From positions 1-52,275 of the forward strand of contig DASZQH010000245.1 of assembly GCA_035549805.1 (NCBI GenBank): a DNA stretch of 52,275 nt. The letters run 5' to 3'. The notes under the pieces were generated by a model, which had not been told where the DNA came from, did no database searches, and worked only from the letters and a program-made list of their open reading frames with translations. The position numbers and the translations under genes are program-made. This document shows, one piece after another, positions 19,859-32,074 of the stretch (position 1 is its first letter; the number at the start of each line of letters is the position of its first letter). This stretch comes from Burkholderiales bacterium. GTDB lineage: Bacteria > Pseudomonadota > Gammaproteobacteria > Burkholderiales > SG8-39.

Positions 19859-20724
19859 GCCGTGGTTTCGGCGGGCAGCCCCTGGAGCATCGACAGGATT
19901 GCGTGCAGCTTGTCCCGCAGCTGGCGGCGGTCGACGATCATGTCGATCGCGCCCTTCTCGAGGAGGAACTCGGCGCGCTGGAAGCCCTCCGGGAGCTTCT
20001 GGCGCACCGTCTGCTCGATGACGCGCGGGCCGGCAAAGCCGATCAGCGCCTTGGGCTCTGCGATGACCACGTCGCCGATCATGGCGAAGCTCGCCGACAC
20101 GCCTCCCATCGTGGGATCGGCGAGCACGGTGATGAACGGCAGCCGGCGCTCGGCGAGGTCCGTAAGCGCCGCCGTGGTCTTCGCCATCTGCACGAGCGAA
20201 AGCAGGCCTTCCTGCATCCGGGCACCGCCGGACGACGTCACGCAGACGAAAGGCAGCTTCTGCTCGATCGCGACGCGCACGCCGCGCACGAACCGCTCGC
20301 CGACGACCGAGCCCATGGATCCGCCCATGAAGTCGAACTCGAACGCGGCCGCGACGACGCCTACCGCCTTGATCGCGCCCTGCATGACGACCAGCGCGTC
20401 GGATTCCGCCGTCTGCTCCTGGGCTTCGGCGAGCCGCTCGGTGTAGCGTCGCGAGTCCTTGAACTTCAGCGTATCGACCGGCAGCACCTCCGCGCCGATC
20501 TCGAACCGGCCGTCGGGGTCCAGCAGCGCATCGAGACGCGGACGCGCCCCGAGGCGCTCGTGGTGGCCGCACTTCGGGCAGACGTTGAGGTTCTTCTCGA
20601 GGTCGGTGCTGTACAGCACTGCGTCGCACGAAGCGCACTTGGTCCAGAGGCCTTCGGGAACCGTCTTGCGGCCCGCGCCGGTGCGCTGGATCTTCGGCGG
20701 CAGCAACTTCTGGAGCCAGCTCAT
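19855..20724 (-). CDS. accD: Acetyl-CoA carboxylase carboxyltransferase beta subunit
   Basis: [13 protein letters not shown]..., zinc ribbon CASCDAVLY...CPKCGHH. ATG 20724 overlaps the trpA TGA. Confidence 0.95.
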   Translation of the reverse strand: MSWLQKLLPPKIQRTGAGRKTVPEGLWTKCASCDAVLYSTDLEKNLNVCPKCGHHERLGARPRLDALLDPDGRFEIGAEVLPVDTLKFKDSRRYTERLAEAQEQTAESDALVVMQGAIKAVGVVAAAFEFDFMGGSMGSVVGERFVRGVRVAIEQKLPFVCVTSSGGARMQEGLLSLVQMAKTTAALTDLAERRLPFITVLADPTMGGVSASFAMIGDVVIAEPKALIGFAGPRVIEQTVRQKLPEGFQRAEFLLEKGAIDMIVDRRQLRDKLHAILSMLQGLPAETTA

Positions 20725-21530
20725 TTCGCCACCTCCGCGTCGAGCGCCTTGCGAATCGGCGCCAGGAATTCCTTCACCTTCGCTGCCGCACTCTGCGCGC
20801 CGGCGGCTTCGATGACCTCGATGATCCGGCTGCCGATCACGACCGCGTCGGCGGTCTGAGCGATCCGGCAGGCCGACTCGGCGTCGCGGATGCCGAAACC
20901 GACGCCGATCGGCAGCTTCGTCGCCGCGCGGATCTTCGGGATGCGCGCTGCCACGTCGGATACGTCGATGTGGCCGGCCCCGGTGATGCCCTTGAGCGAG
21001 ACGTAGTAGAGGTAGCCGCTGCCGCAGCGCCCGACGTCCCGGATCCGCTTGTCGGTCGACGTGGGAGCGAGGAGAAAGATGGGATCGATGCCGTTCTTTT
21101 TCGCCAGCGCGGAGAACTCCTCGCACTCCTCCGGCGGGTAGTCGACGACGATCACGCCGTCCACGCCGGCCTGGCGCGCCGCGGCGACGAACTTCTCCAT
21201 CCCCATCGCTTCCACCGGGTTCGCGTACCCCATCAGCACGATCGGTGTTGTCGCGTCCTGCTTCCTGAATTCCGCAACGATCGCGAGCACGTCGCCGAGG
21301 CCGACGCCGTGCTTGAGCGCGCGCTCGCTGGCCCGCTGGACCACGGGCCCGTCCGCCATCGGATCGGAAAACGGCACCCCGAGCTCCAGGATGTCGCCCC
21401 CGGATTCGACGAGCGCTCGCATCAGCGGGACGGTGAGCGACGGATGCGGATCGCCCGCGGTGATGTACGGGATCAGAGCCTTGCGCTTCGCCCGGCGCAG
21501 CGCTTCGAAGCAGGCCTGGATCCGCGACAT
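20721..21530 (-). CDS. trpA: Tryptophan synthase alpha chain
   Basis: 269 aa; [11 protein letters not shown]...[15 protein letters not shown]. Confidence 0.96.
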   Translation of the reverse strand: MSRIQACFEALRRAKRKALIPYITAGDPHPSLTVPLMRALVESGGDILELGVPFSDPMADGPVVQRASERALKHGVGLGDVLAIVAEFRKQDATTPIVLMGYANPVEAMGMEKFVAAARQAGVDGVIVVDYPPEECEEFSALAKKNGIDPIFLLAPTSTDKRIRDVGRCGSGYLYYVSLKGITGAGHIDVSDVAARIPKIRAATKLPIGVGFGIRDAESACRIAQTADAVVIGSRIIEVIEAAGAQSAAAKVKEFLAPIRKALDAEVAK

Positions 21531-21532
21531 GC

Positions 21533-22718
<1,186 letters not shown>

Positions 22719-22732
<14 letters not shown>

Positions 22733-23348
22733 TTGCGACCTCCGAGATGAACGCGGCGATTTTCGCGGCGTCCTTGATGCCCTTCGCCGACTCGACTCCG
22801 CTCGACACGTCCACGCCCCACGGCCTCACCCGGCGGATCGCTTCGCGCACGTTCCCTGGCTCGAGGCCGCCGGAAAGAACCAGCGGGCGCTCGCGCTGGG
22901 CCGGCACCAGCGACCAGTCGAACCGCTCGCCCACGCCGCCGTATTCCGCGACGTGGCTGTCGAGCAGCCACGCCGATGCGTGCTTGAAGGAGCGCAGGTA
23001 TTTTAGCAAGACCTCCGGCGTGATCCCCCCTTTCACCCGCGCGGCCTTGATGTACGGCAGCCCGAATTCGTCGCAGAAAGCCGGCGTTTCTTCGCCATGG
23101 AACTGCAGCAGCGAAGGCTTCACCCGGCCGATCACCTGAGCGACCTGGGCCGCATCCGGATTGACGAACAGCGCCACGGCTTGCACGAACGGCGGCAGCG
23201 CGTCACGGATCTCCACCGCCCGCTCCAGGCTGAGAAAGCGCGGGCTCGGCGGATAGAACACGAGACCGATCGCATCCGCGCCGGCTTGCGCCGCAGCGAG
23301 GGCATCCGACGGGCGTGTGATGCCGCAGATCTTGACTCGCGTCCTCAT
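22719..23348 (-). CDS. trpF: Phosphoribosylanthranilate isomerase
   Basis: Internal ATG 23348 gives [16 protein letters not shown]...; 209 aa. The ATG overlaps the truA TGA. Confidence 0.93.
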
Positions 23349-24133
23349 TGGGCCGGCACCTCGAGGAGTCCCGCCTCGCGCGCGGGAAGTTGCCAATGCG
23401 CCTCGTACTCCACCTTCTCGAGGTAAAGGCCCTCGGCGGGGAAGGTCGGCGCGGCGAGTGCGCGATTGCGCGATGCGAGTACGTCCCGCGCCCACTGCGG
23501 CGGGTGCTTCCCTTTCCCCACGTAGACCAGGGTCCCGACGAGGTTGCGAACCATGTGATGGAGGAAAGCGTTCGCCCGCACCACGAAATCGATGCGCTCG
23601 CCACGCCGCTCGATCTCCAGGGCATGCAGGGTGCGGACCGGCGATTTCGCCTGGCACTCCGCCGATCGAAAGGCCGAGAAATCGTGCTCGCCGACGAGAT
23701 GCGAAGCAGCGCGACGCATCGCCTCGACGTCGAGCGGCAGGTGGAACCAGCCGGCGTGGCGCGCGCCGAGCGCTGGCCGCACGGCGCGGTTCAGCAGCAC
23801 GTAGCGATAAGTCCGCGCGCGCGCGCTGAAACGAGCGTGAAATTCGCCGGGCACCTCCCGCGACCAGAGGACCGCGACGGATTCGGGCAGAGTCGCGTTG
23901 ACGCCGCGGACCCAGGCGGATTCGGGACGCGAAGCTCGCGTGTCGAAATGCACGACCTGCTCGCGCGCATGTACACCGCGATCCGTCCGGCCCGCGCAAG
24001 TGACGCCGACGCTTTCGCCCGCGATTCCGCTCAGCGCCGGCTCGAGGGCGTCCTGGACCGCGCCGCCTCCCGGCTGCGTCTGCCAGCCGAGGTAGCGGCT
24101 GCCGTCGTACTCGATGCCCAGTGCAATTCTCAT
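23345..24133 (-). CDS. truA: tRNA pseudouridine(38-40) synthase
   Basis: ATG 24133 gives MRIALGIEYDGSRYLGWQTQ...CAGRTDRGVHA (catalytic Asp). The longer listed start at 24238 runs through a terminator hairpin and is Arg/Ser junk. Confidence 0.92.
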   Translation of the reverse strand: MRIALGIEYDGSRYLGWQTQPGGGAVQDALEPALSGIAGESVGVTCAGRTDRGVHAREQVVHFDTRASRPESAWVRGVNATLPESVAVLWSREVPGEFHARFSARARTYRYVLLNRAVRPALGARHAGWFHLPLDVEAMRRAASHLVGEHDFSAFRSAECQAKSPVRTLHALEIERRGERIDFVVRANAFLHHMVRNLVGTLVYVGKGKHPPQWARDVLASRNRALAAPTFPAEGLYLEKVEYEAHWQLPAREAGLLEVPAQ

Positions 24134-24164
24134 AAAAGAAAAAGCCGCGGTCGCCCGCGGCTTT
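24134..24164 (-). terminator. Intrinsic terminator after fimV
   Basis: Minus strand: AAAGCCGCGG-GCGA-CCGCGGCUUU (10-bp perfect stem, 24141-24164), then UUCUUUU (24134-24140), which runs straight into the truA AUG. Confidence 0.75.
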
Positions 24165-24182
24165 CGGCGGGATTGGGAGCGC

Positions 24183-26837
24183 CTAGCCGAGCTTGGCGAG
24201 CAACTGCTGCGCCTGCCCCTTCTGCGCTGCGTCACCATCCTTCATGACTTCGTTCAGCAGCTCGCGTGCACCGTCCTTGTCGCCCATCTCCTCGTATGCC
24301 TTCGCCAGGTCGAGCTTGGTCGCGACCTCCTGCCATTTCGGATCGCCCCCGCCTGCCGACGAAGCCGACGCGTCGCCGAGGTCGAGGCTGATGGCCGACA
24401 GATCCATCGAAGGCGCCGCTTCCGGCGCGGCGGCCGGCTTGTCGCCGCCCATGTCGAGATTCAGGTCGAAGTCCAGGCCGCCGCTCGGATCCGCCGCAGC
24501 AGGCGCGGAGGCAGGCGCCGACACGGGCTTCGTGTCGCCGCCAAAGCCCAGGTCGAAGTCCAGGCCGCCAGCGGCGGTCTTGTCCGCCGAAGGCTCGTCC
24601 TTGCCGATGATCAGCGTGCCCTCGGGCGTGAAGTCGCTTTTCTGCTCCGGTTCCGCGGGCGCGGATGCCGCGGCACCGAGGTCGAAATCGATGGAAGACG
24701 CGGCGGCGTCCTTCGGCGCGACGGAATCGAGTGCGATGTCGGGCGGGGGCTGGGTCGAGGCTCCCCCGAGGTCGAAGTCGAGGGCGGGTGCAGCGACCGC
24801 TGGCGCCGCTGCGGCTGCGGCGGCGGCCGCCGCCGCAGCGCCGGAAGCCCCGCCATACAGGCCGTTTTGCGGATCGATCCCGCGCCCGAGCGCTGCCGCC
24901 TTGTCCCATTCCGGCCCGGCGCCGTTCGTCAGGCCTTTCAGCTTGAGGGCGGTCTGCTCGAACGACTTGGCATCCTTGCGATTCGCATAGATCTCGAGCA
25001 GCTTCGCATGCACCGGAATGCGGCTCGGATCCTTCGCCACCGCCTCCTTGAGGATTTCTTCGGCCTGCGCGTCGCGGCCATAGGCCATGTACACGTCCGC
25101 CTCGGCGATCGGATCGACCTCCTCCGCCTCCATCCCGGTGGGGGCCTGGCTGACGGACGCCGCGGACGAGGAGGCGCTCGCCGCCGCAGGTGCGCCGAAG
25201 ACCGATGCGGCTCCCCCGCTCGAGGCGGCATCCAGGACGCTGTCCTGGAACTTGGACTGCGAGCGCTTCTTGCGGCGCCAGGCCCAGGCGCCGTAGCCGA
25301 TGAGGACCAGAACCGCGAACCCAAGCCCGCCGAGTGCGGCAGGATTGTCGAGGAATTCGTCGATGATGCTCGGCTCCGGCGCGGGTGCCGGCGCGGGCTT
25401 CTTGGCTTCCTTCGGGGCCGGCTTTGGGGCGTCCTTCTTCTTCTCGTCCTTCGCGGCGGGCTTGGGCGCTTCGGCGGCAGGCTTTGCCGGCTCTGCTGCC
25501 TTCGGCGCGGGCGCGGGAGCAGCCGGCTTGGGCGCTTCAGGGGCTTTCGATGCAGGCTCGGCGGCCTTGGGCGCCGGCGCTGGTGCCGGCTTGGGGGCTT
25601 CGGCAGCTTTCGGGGCCGGGGCGGGAGCCGGGGCCGGCTTCGCAGGCTCGGCCGCCTTCGGGGCAGGTGCCGGCGCAGGAGCGGGCTTTGCCCCGGCCTT
25701 CTTCTCCAACTCGGCGAGCTGCTGGTTCTTCAGCTCCAGCAGCTTCTGCAAGTCGGTGACGTTCTTCTCCAGCTCGGCCTGGCGCGATTGCGCCTCCTTC
25801 AGCGCGCGCTCGCGCGCGACCCGGTCGTCCTCGCGCGCGGCGCGAGCGCCCGGCGCGCCCGGCTTCGCGGGGTCGGCCTTGGACAGCCGCAGCTGGTCCT
25901 GCTTGTCGGCCGGCGCCGGTGCAGCCGGCTTGGGCTCGATGCGGCCCGCAACCTCGCGCTGTCCGGCCGAACCGTCCGCCGTAACGGGCGCGGACGCCAG
26001 GCGATTGCGATAGGCCACGAACTCCGACTGGTGAGTCTTGACGATACGGCGCGCCTCGTCATTGTCGACGGTCGTCGCGGCATCGGCGGGAATGTTGAGA
26101 ATGCGCCCGGCGCGGACGAGGTTGATGTTGTCCCGGATGAACGCGTCCTGGTTGGCGCGGAAGATCGCGATCAGCATCTGGTCGAGGGTGACCCCCGGCG
26201 CCAGGTTCTCGCGCGCGATCTTGCCCAGCGTGTCGCCTCTCTTGACCTCGTACGTCTTCTTTTCGCTCTCGGCTGCTTTTTCCATGGCCGGCGCGGCGGG
26301 CGCTACCGGCTCCGAGACGAGGGGCTTCGATTCGATCGGTGCGGGCTTCGTCGCCTCGGCCGGCGCAGGGGCAGGCTTGGCCTGCGGAGCGGGAACCGGG
26401 GCCGGCGCAGGCGCCGCGGCGATCGCGGCGGGGCCCTTGTATTCGACCGGGTCGAGCAGGAACGTGTACTCGCGGACGAGCCGGCCGGTATTCCACTGCA
26501 GCTCCACGAGCAGGTCGAGGAACGGCTCGTTGACCGGCGTCGAGCTGCTGATCTTGACGAGCGGACGCCCGCCCCGCCGCTCGATGGCGAAGCGCAGCGA
26601 AGACAGCAAGACGTTGTAGTCGATGCCCGCCTGCTTGAAGGCTTCCGGCGTCGCGAGTCGCGCAGCCAGGTTCTCCTCCTCGCCCGGCTGCAGGGACACG
26701 ATCTCGATTTCCGCGTTGAGCGGCTGGCCGAGCGGCGAGAGGACGGTGAGCTTGCCGAGCCCTGCGGCGTGCGCGGCGAGCGGTCCCGCCAGGGACAGCA
26801 CGGCCACAACGACTGCAATGGCGATAGATCTACCCAC
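24183..26837 (-). CDS. fimV: FimV/HubP-family peptidoglycan-binding (LysM) type IV pilus assembly / polar landmark protein
   Basis: Signal peptide GRSIAIAVVVAVLSLAGPLAAHA, then the FimV N-domain LGKLTVLSPLGQPLNAEIEI...REYTFLLDP. LysM reads YEVKRGDTLGKIA. A coiled coil, a long AP/K-rich spacer, a TM segment and acidic repeats follow. The C-terminal motif is KLDLAKAYEEMGDKDGARELLNEV. I prefer GTG 26837 (GGGGGAAGC upstream) over the listed TTG 26873. Confidence 0.88.
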   Translation of the reverse strand: MGRSIAIAVVVAVLSLAGPLAAHAAGLGKLTVLSPLGQPLNAEIEIVSLQPGEEENLAARLATPEAFKQAGIDYNVLLSSLRFAIERRGGRPLVKISSSTPVNEPFLDLLVELQWNTGRLVREYTFLLDPVEYKGPAAIAAAPAPAPVPAPQAKPAPAPAEATKPAPIESKPLVSEPVAPAAPAMEKAAESEKKTYEVKRGDTLGKIARENLAPGVTLDQMLIAIFRANQDAFIRDNINLVRAGRILNIPADAATTVDNDEARRIVKTHQSEFVAYRNRLASAPVTADGSAGQREVAGRIEPKPAAPAPADKQDQLRLSKADPAKPGAPGARAAREDDRVARERALKEAQSRQAELEKNVTDLQKLLELKNQQLAELEKKAGAKPAPAPAPAPKAAEPAKPAPAPAPAPKAAEAPKPAPAPAPKAAEPASKAPEAPKPAAPAPAPKAAEPAKPAAEAPKPAAKDEKKKDAPKPAPKEAKKPAPAPAPEPSIIDEFLDNPAALGGLGFAVLVLIGYGAWAWRRKKRSQSKFQDSVLDAASSGGAASVFGAPAAASASSSAASVSQAPTGMEAEEVDPIAEADVYMAYGRDAQAEEILKEAVAKDPSRIPVHAKLLEIYANRKDAKSFEQTALKLKGLTNGAGPEWDKAAALGRGIDPQNGLYGGASGAAAAAAAAAAAAPAVAAPALDFDLGGASTQPPPDIALDSVAPKDAAASSIDFDLGAAASAPAEPEQKSDFTPEGTLIIGKDEPSADKTAAGGLDFDLGFGGDTKPVSAPASAPAAADPSGGLDFDLNLDMGGDKPAAAPEAAPSMDLSAISLDLGDASASSAGGGDPKWQEVATKLDLAKAYEEMGDKDGARELLNEVMKDGDAAQKGQAQQLLAKLG
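25375..25710 (-). repeat. Low-complexity coding repeat (KAAEPAKPAPAPAPAP-like) in fimV; separate 12-codon poly-Ala run at 24804-24839
   Basis: Translation: GAKPAPAPAPAPKAAEPAKPAPAPAPAPKAAEAPKPAPAPAPKAAEPASKAPEAPKPAAPAPAPKAAEPAKPAAEAPKPAAKDEKKKDAPKPAPKEAKKPAPAPAPEP. The poly-Ala codons were read directly. Confidence 0.85.
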
Positions 26838-26890
26838 GCTTCCCCCGCCCAAAGTTCTTATTAGCTGGACCAATCCTACGGACCAACTAA

Positions 26891-26910
26891 CATAACATCA
26901 TGATGTTATG
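26891..26910. promoter_or_regulatory. Perfect 20-bp AT-rich palindrome CATAACATCATGATGTTATG upstream of fimV; second inverted repeat GAATTTC-cgt-GAAATTC at 26923-26939
   Basis: Verified base by base. It lies in the 84-bp asd-fimV gap, whose GC content is far below the flanks. Confidence 0.4.
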
Positions 26911-26957
26911 CTGGCAAATCAAGAATTTCCGTGAAATTCAGGATCGCCCCCCTCGCC

Positions 26958-28085
26958 CTAGTTCCGAACCCCCGCGTCTAGCAGGATCCTGACCATCCGC
27001 CGGAGCGGCTCGGCCGCCCCCCAGAGGAGCTGGTCCCCGACCGTGAAGGCGGAAAGGTAGTCCGGTCCCATGGGGAGCTTCCGCAGGCGCCCGACGGGTA
27101 CGGACAGCTTCCCGGTCACCGCCGCCGGCGTCAGCTCGGCGAGGGACTCCTCCCGCCGGTTCGGCACGACCTTCACCCAGTCGTTCGCCTCCGCGATCAT
27201 GCCTTCGATCTCGTCGAGCGGGATCGGCCGGCGCAGCTTGATCGTCAGGGCCTGGCTGTGGCAGCGCATCGCGCCGATGCGCACGCAGACGCCGTCGACC
27301 GGAATCGGCCCCTTCCCGTTGCGGCCGAGGATCTTGTTGGTCTCGGCCTGGCCCTTCCACTCCTCGCGGCTCTGGCCGTTGCCCATGTCCTTGTCGATCC
27401 AGGGCAGCAGGCTCGCCGCGAGGGGATAGCCGAAGTTCTCCTTCGGCATCCCCGGCCCGCGCACCGCGTCGGTCACGGCGCGGTCGAGGTCCAGGATGCT
27501 CGAAGCGGGATCGGCGAGGAGCGCCTTCGCGCTGTCGCCGACCTGCGCCATCTGAGCGACGAGCTCGCGCATGTTGGCCGCACCGGCGCCGGAAGCCGCC
27601 TGATACGTCATGGTCGTCAGCCACTCGATCTCGTCGCGCTGAAAGAGGCCGGCCATGCCCATCATCATCAGGCTGACGGTGCAATTGCCGCCGATGTAGT
27701 CGCGCGCGCCGGCCTTGAGGGCGTCCTTGATCACCGGCATGTTCACCGGGTCGAGGATGATGACCGCGTCGTCCTTCATGCGCAGGGCGCTGGCGGCGTC
27801 GATCCAGTAGCCCTTCCACCCCGCCTGGCGCAGCCTGGGGTAGACATCGTTCGTGTAGTCGCCGCCCTGGCAGGAGATGATCACCGGCAGCGCCTTCAGC
27901 GCCGCGATGTCGTTCGCGTCCTGCACGGCCTCGACGTCGCGGCCGATCTGCGGCCCCTTGCCGCCGGCCCGGGAGGTGGAGAAGAACACCGGATCGACGT
28001 GGTCGAAGTCGCGCTCCTCGCGCATGCGCTGCACCAGGACCGACCCCACCATTCCGCGCCAACCGACGATACCGACTCTGAGCAT
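26958..28085 (-). CDS. asd: Aspartate-semialdehyde dehydrogenase
   Basis: 375 aa; [17 protein letters not shown]...GGNCTVS (active-site Cys). Confidence 0.96.
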   Translation of the reverse strand: MLRVGIVGWRGMVGSVLVQRMREERDFDHVDPVFFSTSRAGGKGPQIGRDVEAVQDANDIAALKALPVIISCQGGDYTNDVYPRLRQAGWKGYWIDAASALRMKDDAVIILDPVNMPVIKDALKAGARDYIGGNCTVSLMMMGMAGLFQRDEIEWLTTMTYQAASGAGAANMRELVAQMAQVGDSAKALLADPASSILDLDRAVTDAVRGPGMPKENFGYPLAASLLPWIDKDMGNGQSREEWKGQAETNKILGRNGKGPIPVDGVCVRIGAMRCHSQALTIKLRRPIPLDEIEGMIAEANDWVKVVPNRREESLAELTPAAVTGKLSVPVGRLRKLPMGPDYLSAFTVGDQLLWGAAEPLRRMVRILLDAGVRN

Positions 28086-28094
28086 GGCCGTAGT

Positions 28095-29742
<1,648 letters not shown>

Positions 29743-29744
29743 GC

Positions 29745-31160
29745 TTACCTCCAGCTCCGGATGTCCACGAAATGCCCGGCGATCGCCGCGGCGGCCGCCA
29801 TCGGCGGGCTCACGAGATGCGTCCGCCCCCCGATGCCCTGCCGGCCCTCGAAGTTGCGGTTCGACGTGGACGCGCAGCGCTCGCCCGGATCGAGCCGGTC
29901 GGGATTCATGCCGAGACACATCGAGCAGCCGGGCTCGCGCCACTGGAAGCCGGCGTCGCGGAAGATCTTGTCGAGCCCCTCGCGCTCGGCCTGGGCCTTC
30001 ACCACGCCCGAGCCCGGGACCACCATCGCGACCTTGATGTTCGAGGCGACGCGGCGGCCCTTCACGACGTGCGCGGCTGCGCGCAGGTCCTCGATGCGCG
30101 AATTGGTGCAGGAGCCGATGAAGATCTTGTCGAGCCGGATGTCGGTGATCTTCGTGCGCGGCTTGAGGCTCATGTACTGGAGCGCGCGCTCCATGCCCTC
30201 GCGGCGCAAGGCGTCCTTCTCCTTGTCGGGATCGGGGACCGTCTCGTCGACCGCGACCACCATCTCCGGAGAGGTGCCCCAGGTGACGTGCGGCTTGATC
30301 TCGCGTGCGTCGAGCTTCACCTCCCGGTCGAACTTCGCGTCCGGGTCGCTCTTCAGCGATTTCCAGTAGGCCACCGCTGCATCCCATTCGACGCCCTTGG
30401 GCGCGAACGGGCGGCCCCTCACGTAGTCGATCGTGGCGTCATCCACGGCGACGAGGCCGGCGCGGGCGCCCGCTTCGATCGACATGTTGCACACCGTCAT
30501 CCGCCCCTCCATGGAAAGGCCACGGATCGTGCTGCCGGCGAACTCGATGGCGCTGCCCGTGCCGCCGGCGGTGCCGATCTTGCCGATGATGGCGAGCACG
30601 ACGTCCTTCGCGGTGACGCCGGGGCCGAGCGGGCCGTCGACGGACACGCGCATGTTCTTCATCTTCTTCGTCACGAGGCACTGGGTGGCGAGGACGTGCT
30701 CGACCTCCGAGGTGCCGATGCCGTGCGCAAGGCAGCCGAAAGCGCCATGGGTGCTGGTGTGCGAATCGCCGCAGACCACCGTCATGCCCGGCAGCGTCGC
30801 GCCCTGCTCCGGCCCGATCACGTGCACGATGCCCTGGCGCTTGTCGAGGAACGGGAAGTAGACCTTGGCCCCGTACTCCCTCATGTTGGCGTCGAGGGTC
30901 TCGATCTGCTGCTTCGCGAGCTTGTCGCGCACGCCCGCCATGCCCTCTTCCCAGTGCTCGGTCGGGGTGTTGTGGTCCGCGGTCGCGACGACCGAGTCCA
31001 CGCGCCATGGCTTGCGGTTCGCAAGCTTCAGCCCCTCATACGCCTGCGGGCTCGTCACCTCGTGGATGAGATGCCGGTCGATGTAGAGAATGGACGTGCC
31101 GTCCTCCTCGGAATGAACGAGGTGGCTGTCCCAAAGCTTGTCGTAGAGCGTCTGGCCCAT
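29745..31160 (-). CDS. leuC: 3-isopropylmalate dehydratase large subunit
   Basis: 471 aa; [15 protein letters not shown]...[14 protein letters not shown]...[12 protein letters not shown]...[10 protein letters not shown]. Confidence 0.97.
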   Translation of the reverse strand: MGQTLYDKLWDSHLVHSEEDGTSILYIDRHLIHEVTSPQAYEGLKLANRKPWRVDSVVATADHNTPTEHWEEGMAGVRDKLAKQQIETLDANMREYGAKVYFPFLDKRQGIVHVIGPEQGATLPGMTVVCGDSHTSTHGAFGCLAHGIGTSEVEHVLATQCLVTKKMKNMRVSVDGPLGPGVTAKDVVLAIIGKIGTAGGTGSAIEFAGSTIRGLSMEGRMTVCNMSIEAGARAGLVAVDDATIDYVRGRPFAPKGVEWDAAVAYWKSLKSDPDAKFDREVKLDAREIKPHVTWGTSPEMVVAVDETVPDPDKEKDALRREGMERALQYMSLKPRTKITDIRLDKIFIGSCTNSRIEDLRAAAHVVKGRRVASNIKVAMVVPGSGVVKAQAEREGLDKIFRDAGFQWREPGCSMCLGMNPDRLDPGERCASTSNRNFEGRQGIGGRTHLVSPPMAAAAAIAGHFVDIRSWR

Positions 31161-31235
31161 TTGCCGCGATTCCGTGAACGCGCGCGCTTGCCGCGCTGCG
31201 CAAATGGGAAATTATGGCACGGAAACCGTGGCTTA

Positions 31236-32060
31236 CTACTTTCCCGTCGACGCGCTCCCGCCGGATTTCGCAGCCTGGTAGAGCGGCATCACCCGCTGCG
31301 AGTACTCGCGCAGGTCCTTGATCCTGTTCTCGTGCGAGGGATGCGTCGAAAGGAACTGCGGCGGCCCGCCGTTTCCCGCCTTCTGCATCTTCTCCCAGAG
31401 GGTGATCGCCGCACGCGGGTCATAGCCGGCGCGCGCCGCGAGCTCCACGCCCATCCGGTCCGCCTCCACCTCCTGGGTCCGCGAGTTCGGGCGGTTGAAC
31501 GTCACGTCCGCGACCAGATTGCCCAGCCCCTGGCCGAGATCGCCCAGGCCGAACAAGGCGCCTGCGATGCCGACGGCCATCTGCGTGCCCATCTCGCGCG
31601 ACGCGCGTTCCCGGGAGTGCTCGCGCAGGGCGTGCGAGATCTCATGCCCCATCACCGCGGCGATCTCGTCGTCGGTCGCCTTCAGGCTCTCGATCAGGCC
31701 GGAGTAGATCGCCATCTTGCCCCCCGGCATGCACCAGGCGTTCACCTCGGCCACGGAGACCACGTGCACCTCCCACGGCCACTTGGCCGCGTCCGGCCGG
31801 AACGCCTTGGTCTGCCCGACCAGGCGCTGGGTGATCGCGCGCACGCGTTGCACCTGGGCGGCGTCGCGATCGAGCAGTCCCTTCTTCTTCGCTTCGCCCA
31901 TCATCTGGGCGTACGCCTTGACCGCGCCTGCCTCCATGTCCTGGGCGGAAACCATCATTCGCTGGTCGCGGTCGACGCCCACCACGCCGGGCTGCGTCGT
32001 CTCCACGCTTTGGCAGGCGGCAAGAACCGCCGCCGTGAACGCTATTGTCAGTCTTCGCAT
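31236..32060 (-). CDS. M48-family zinc metalloprotease lipoprotein (LoiP/YcaL-like)
   Basis: Internal ATG 32060 (GAGGAG upstream) gives MRRLTIAFTAAVLAAC (lipobox), then HEISH...EADRMG. The listed 655-aa ORF is an artefactual extension through the MFS gene. Confidence 0.88.
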   Translation of the reverse strand: MRRLTIAFTAAVLAACQSVETTQPGVVGVDRDQRMMVSAQDMEAGAVKAYAQMMGEAKKKGLLDRDAAQVQRVRAITQRLVGQTKAFRPDAAKWPWEVHVVSVAEVNAWCMPGGKMAIYSGLIESLKATDDEIAAVMGHEISHALREHSRERASREMGTQMAVGIAGALFGLGDLGQGLGNLVADVTFNRPNSRTQEVEADRMGVELAARAGYDPRAAITLWEKMQKAGNGGPPQFLSTHPSHENRIKDLREYSQRVMPLYQAAKSGGSASTGK

Positions 32061-32074
32061 GACACTCCTCGTCG

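Noticed and set aside
18300-19880. The ligase as cargo of a mobile element or genomic islet
   Set aside because: I saw no flanking direct or inverted repeats, no integrase or transposase, no tRNA target, and no obvious GC or codon break. The precise 4-nt overlaps point to an old, domesticated insertion.
18320-20638. The listed 772-aa ORF taken as a single protein. The same issue affects the long N-terminal extensions of listed ORFs 17058..18512, 22719..23999, 23345..24238, 29149..30387, 31236..33203, 39007..40707, 42122..43585 and 9882..11336.
   Set aside because: In each case the upstream portion is Arg-rich and overlaps the neighbouring real gene in another frame. An internal ATG or GTG that overlaps or follows the neighbour's stop gives the expected N-terminus for the family.
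25375-25710. Possible CRISPR-like or non-coding tandem array, suggested by the periodic GC-rich repeats
   Set aside because: The repeats lie in frame within fimV and encode AP/K-rich low complexity. There is no repeat-spacer organisation, and no cas genes are present in the window.
24114-26864. 916-aa plus-strand ORF and several 200-aa ORFs overlapping fimV
   Set aside because: These are Arg/Gly-rich shadow frames of a GC-rich, low-complexity gene. The minus frame has the signal peptide, LysM domain and FimV C-terminal motif.
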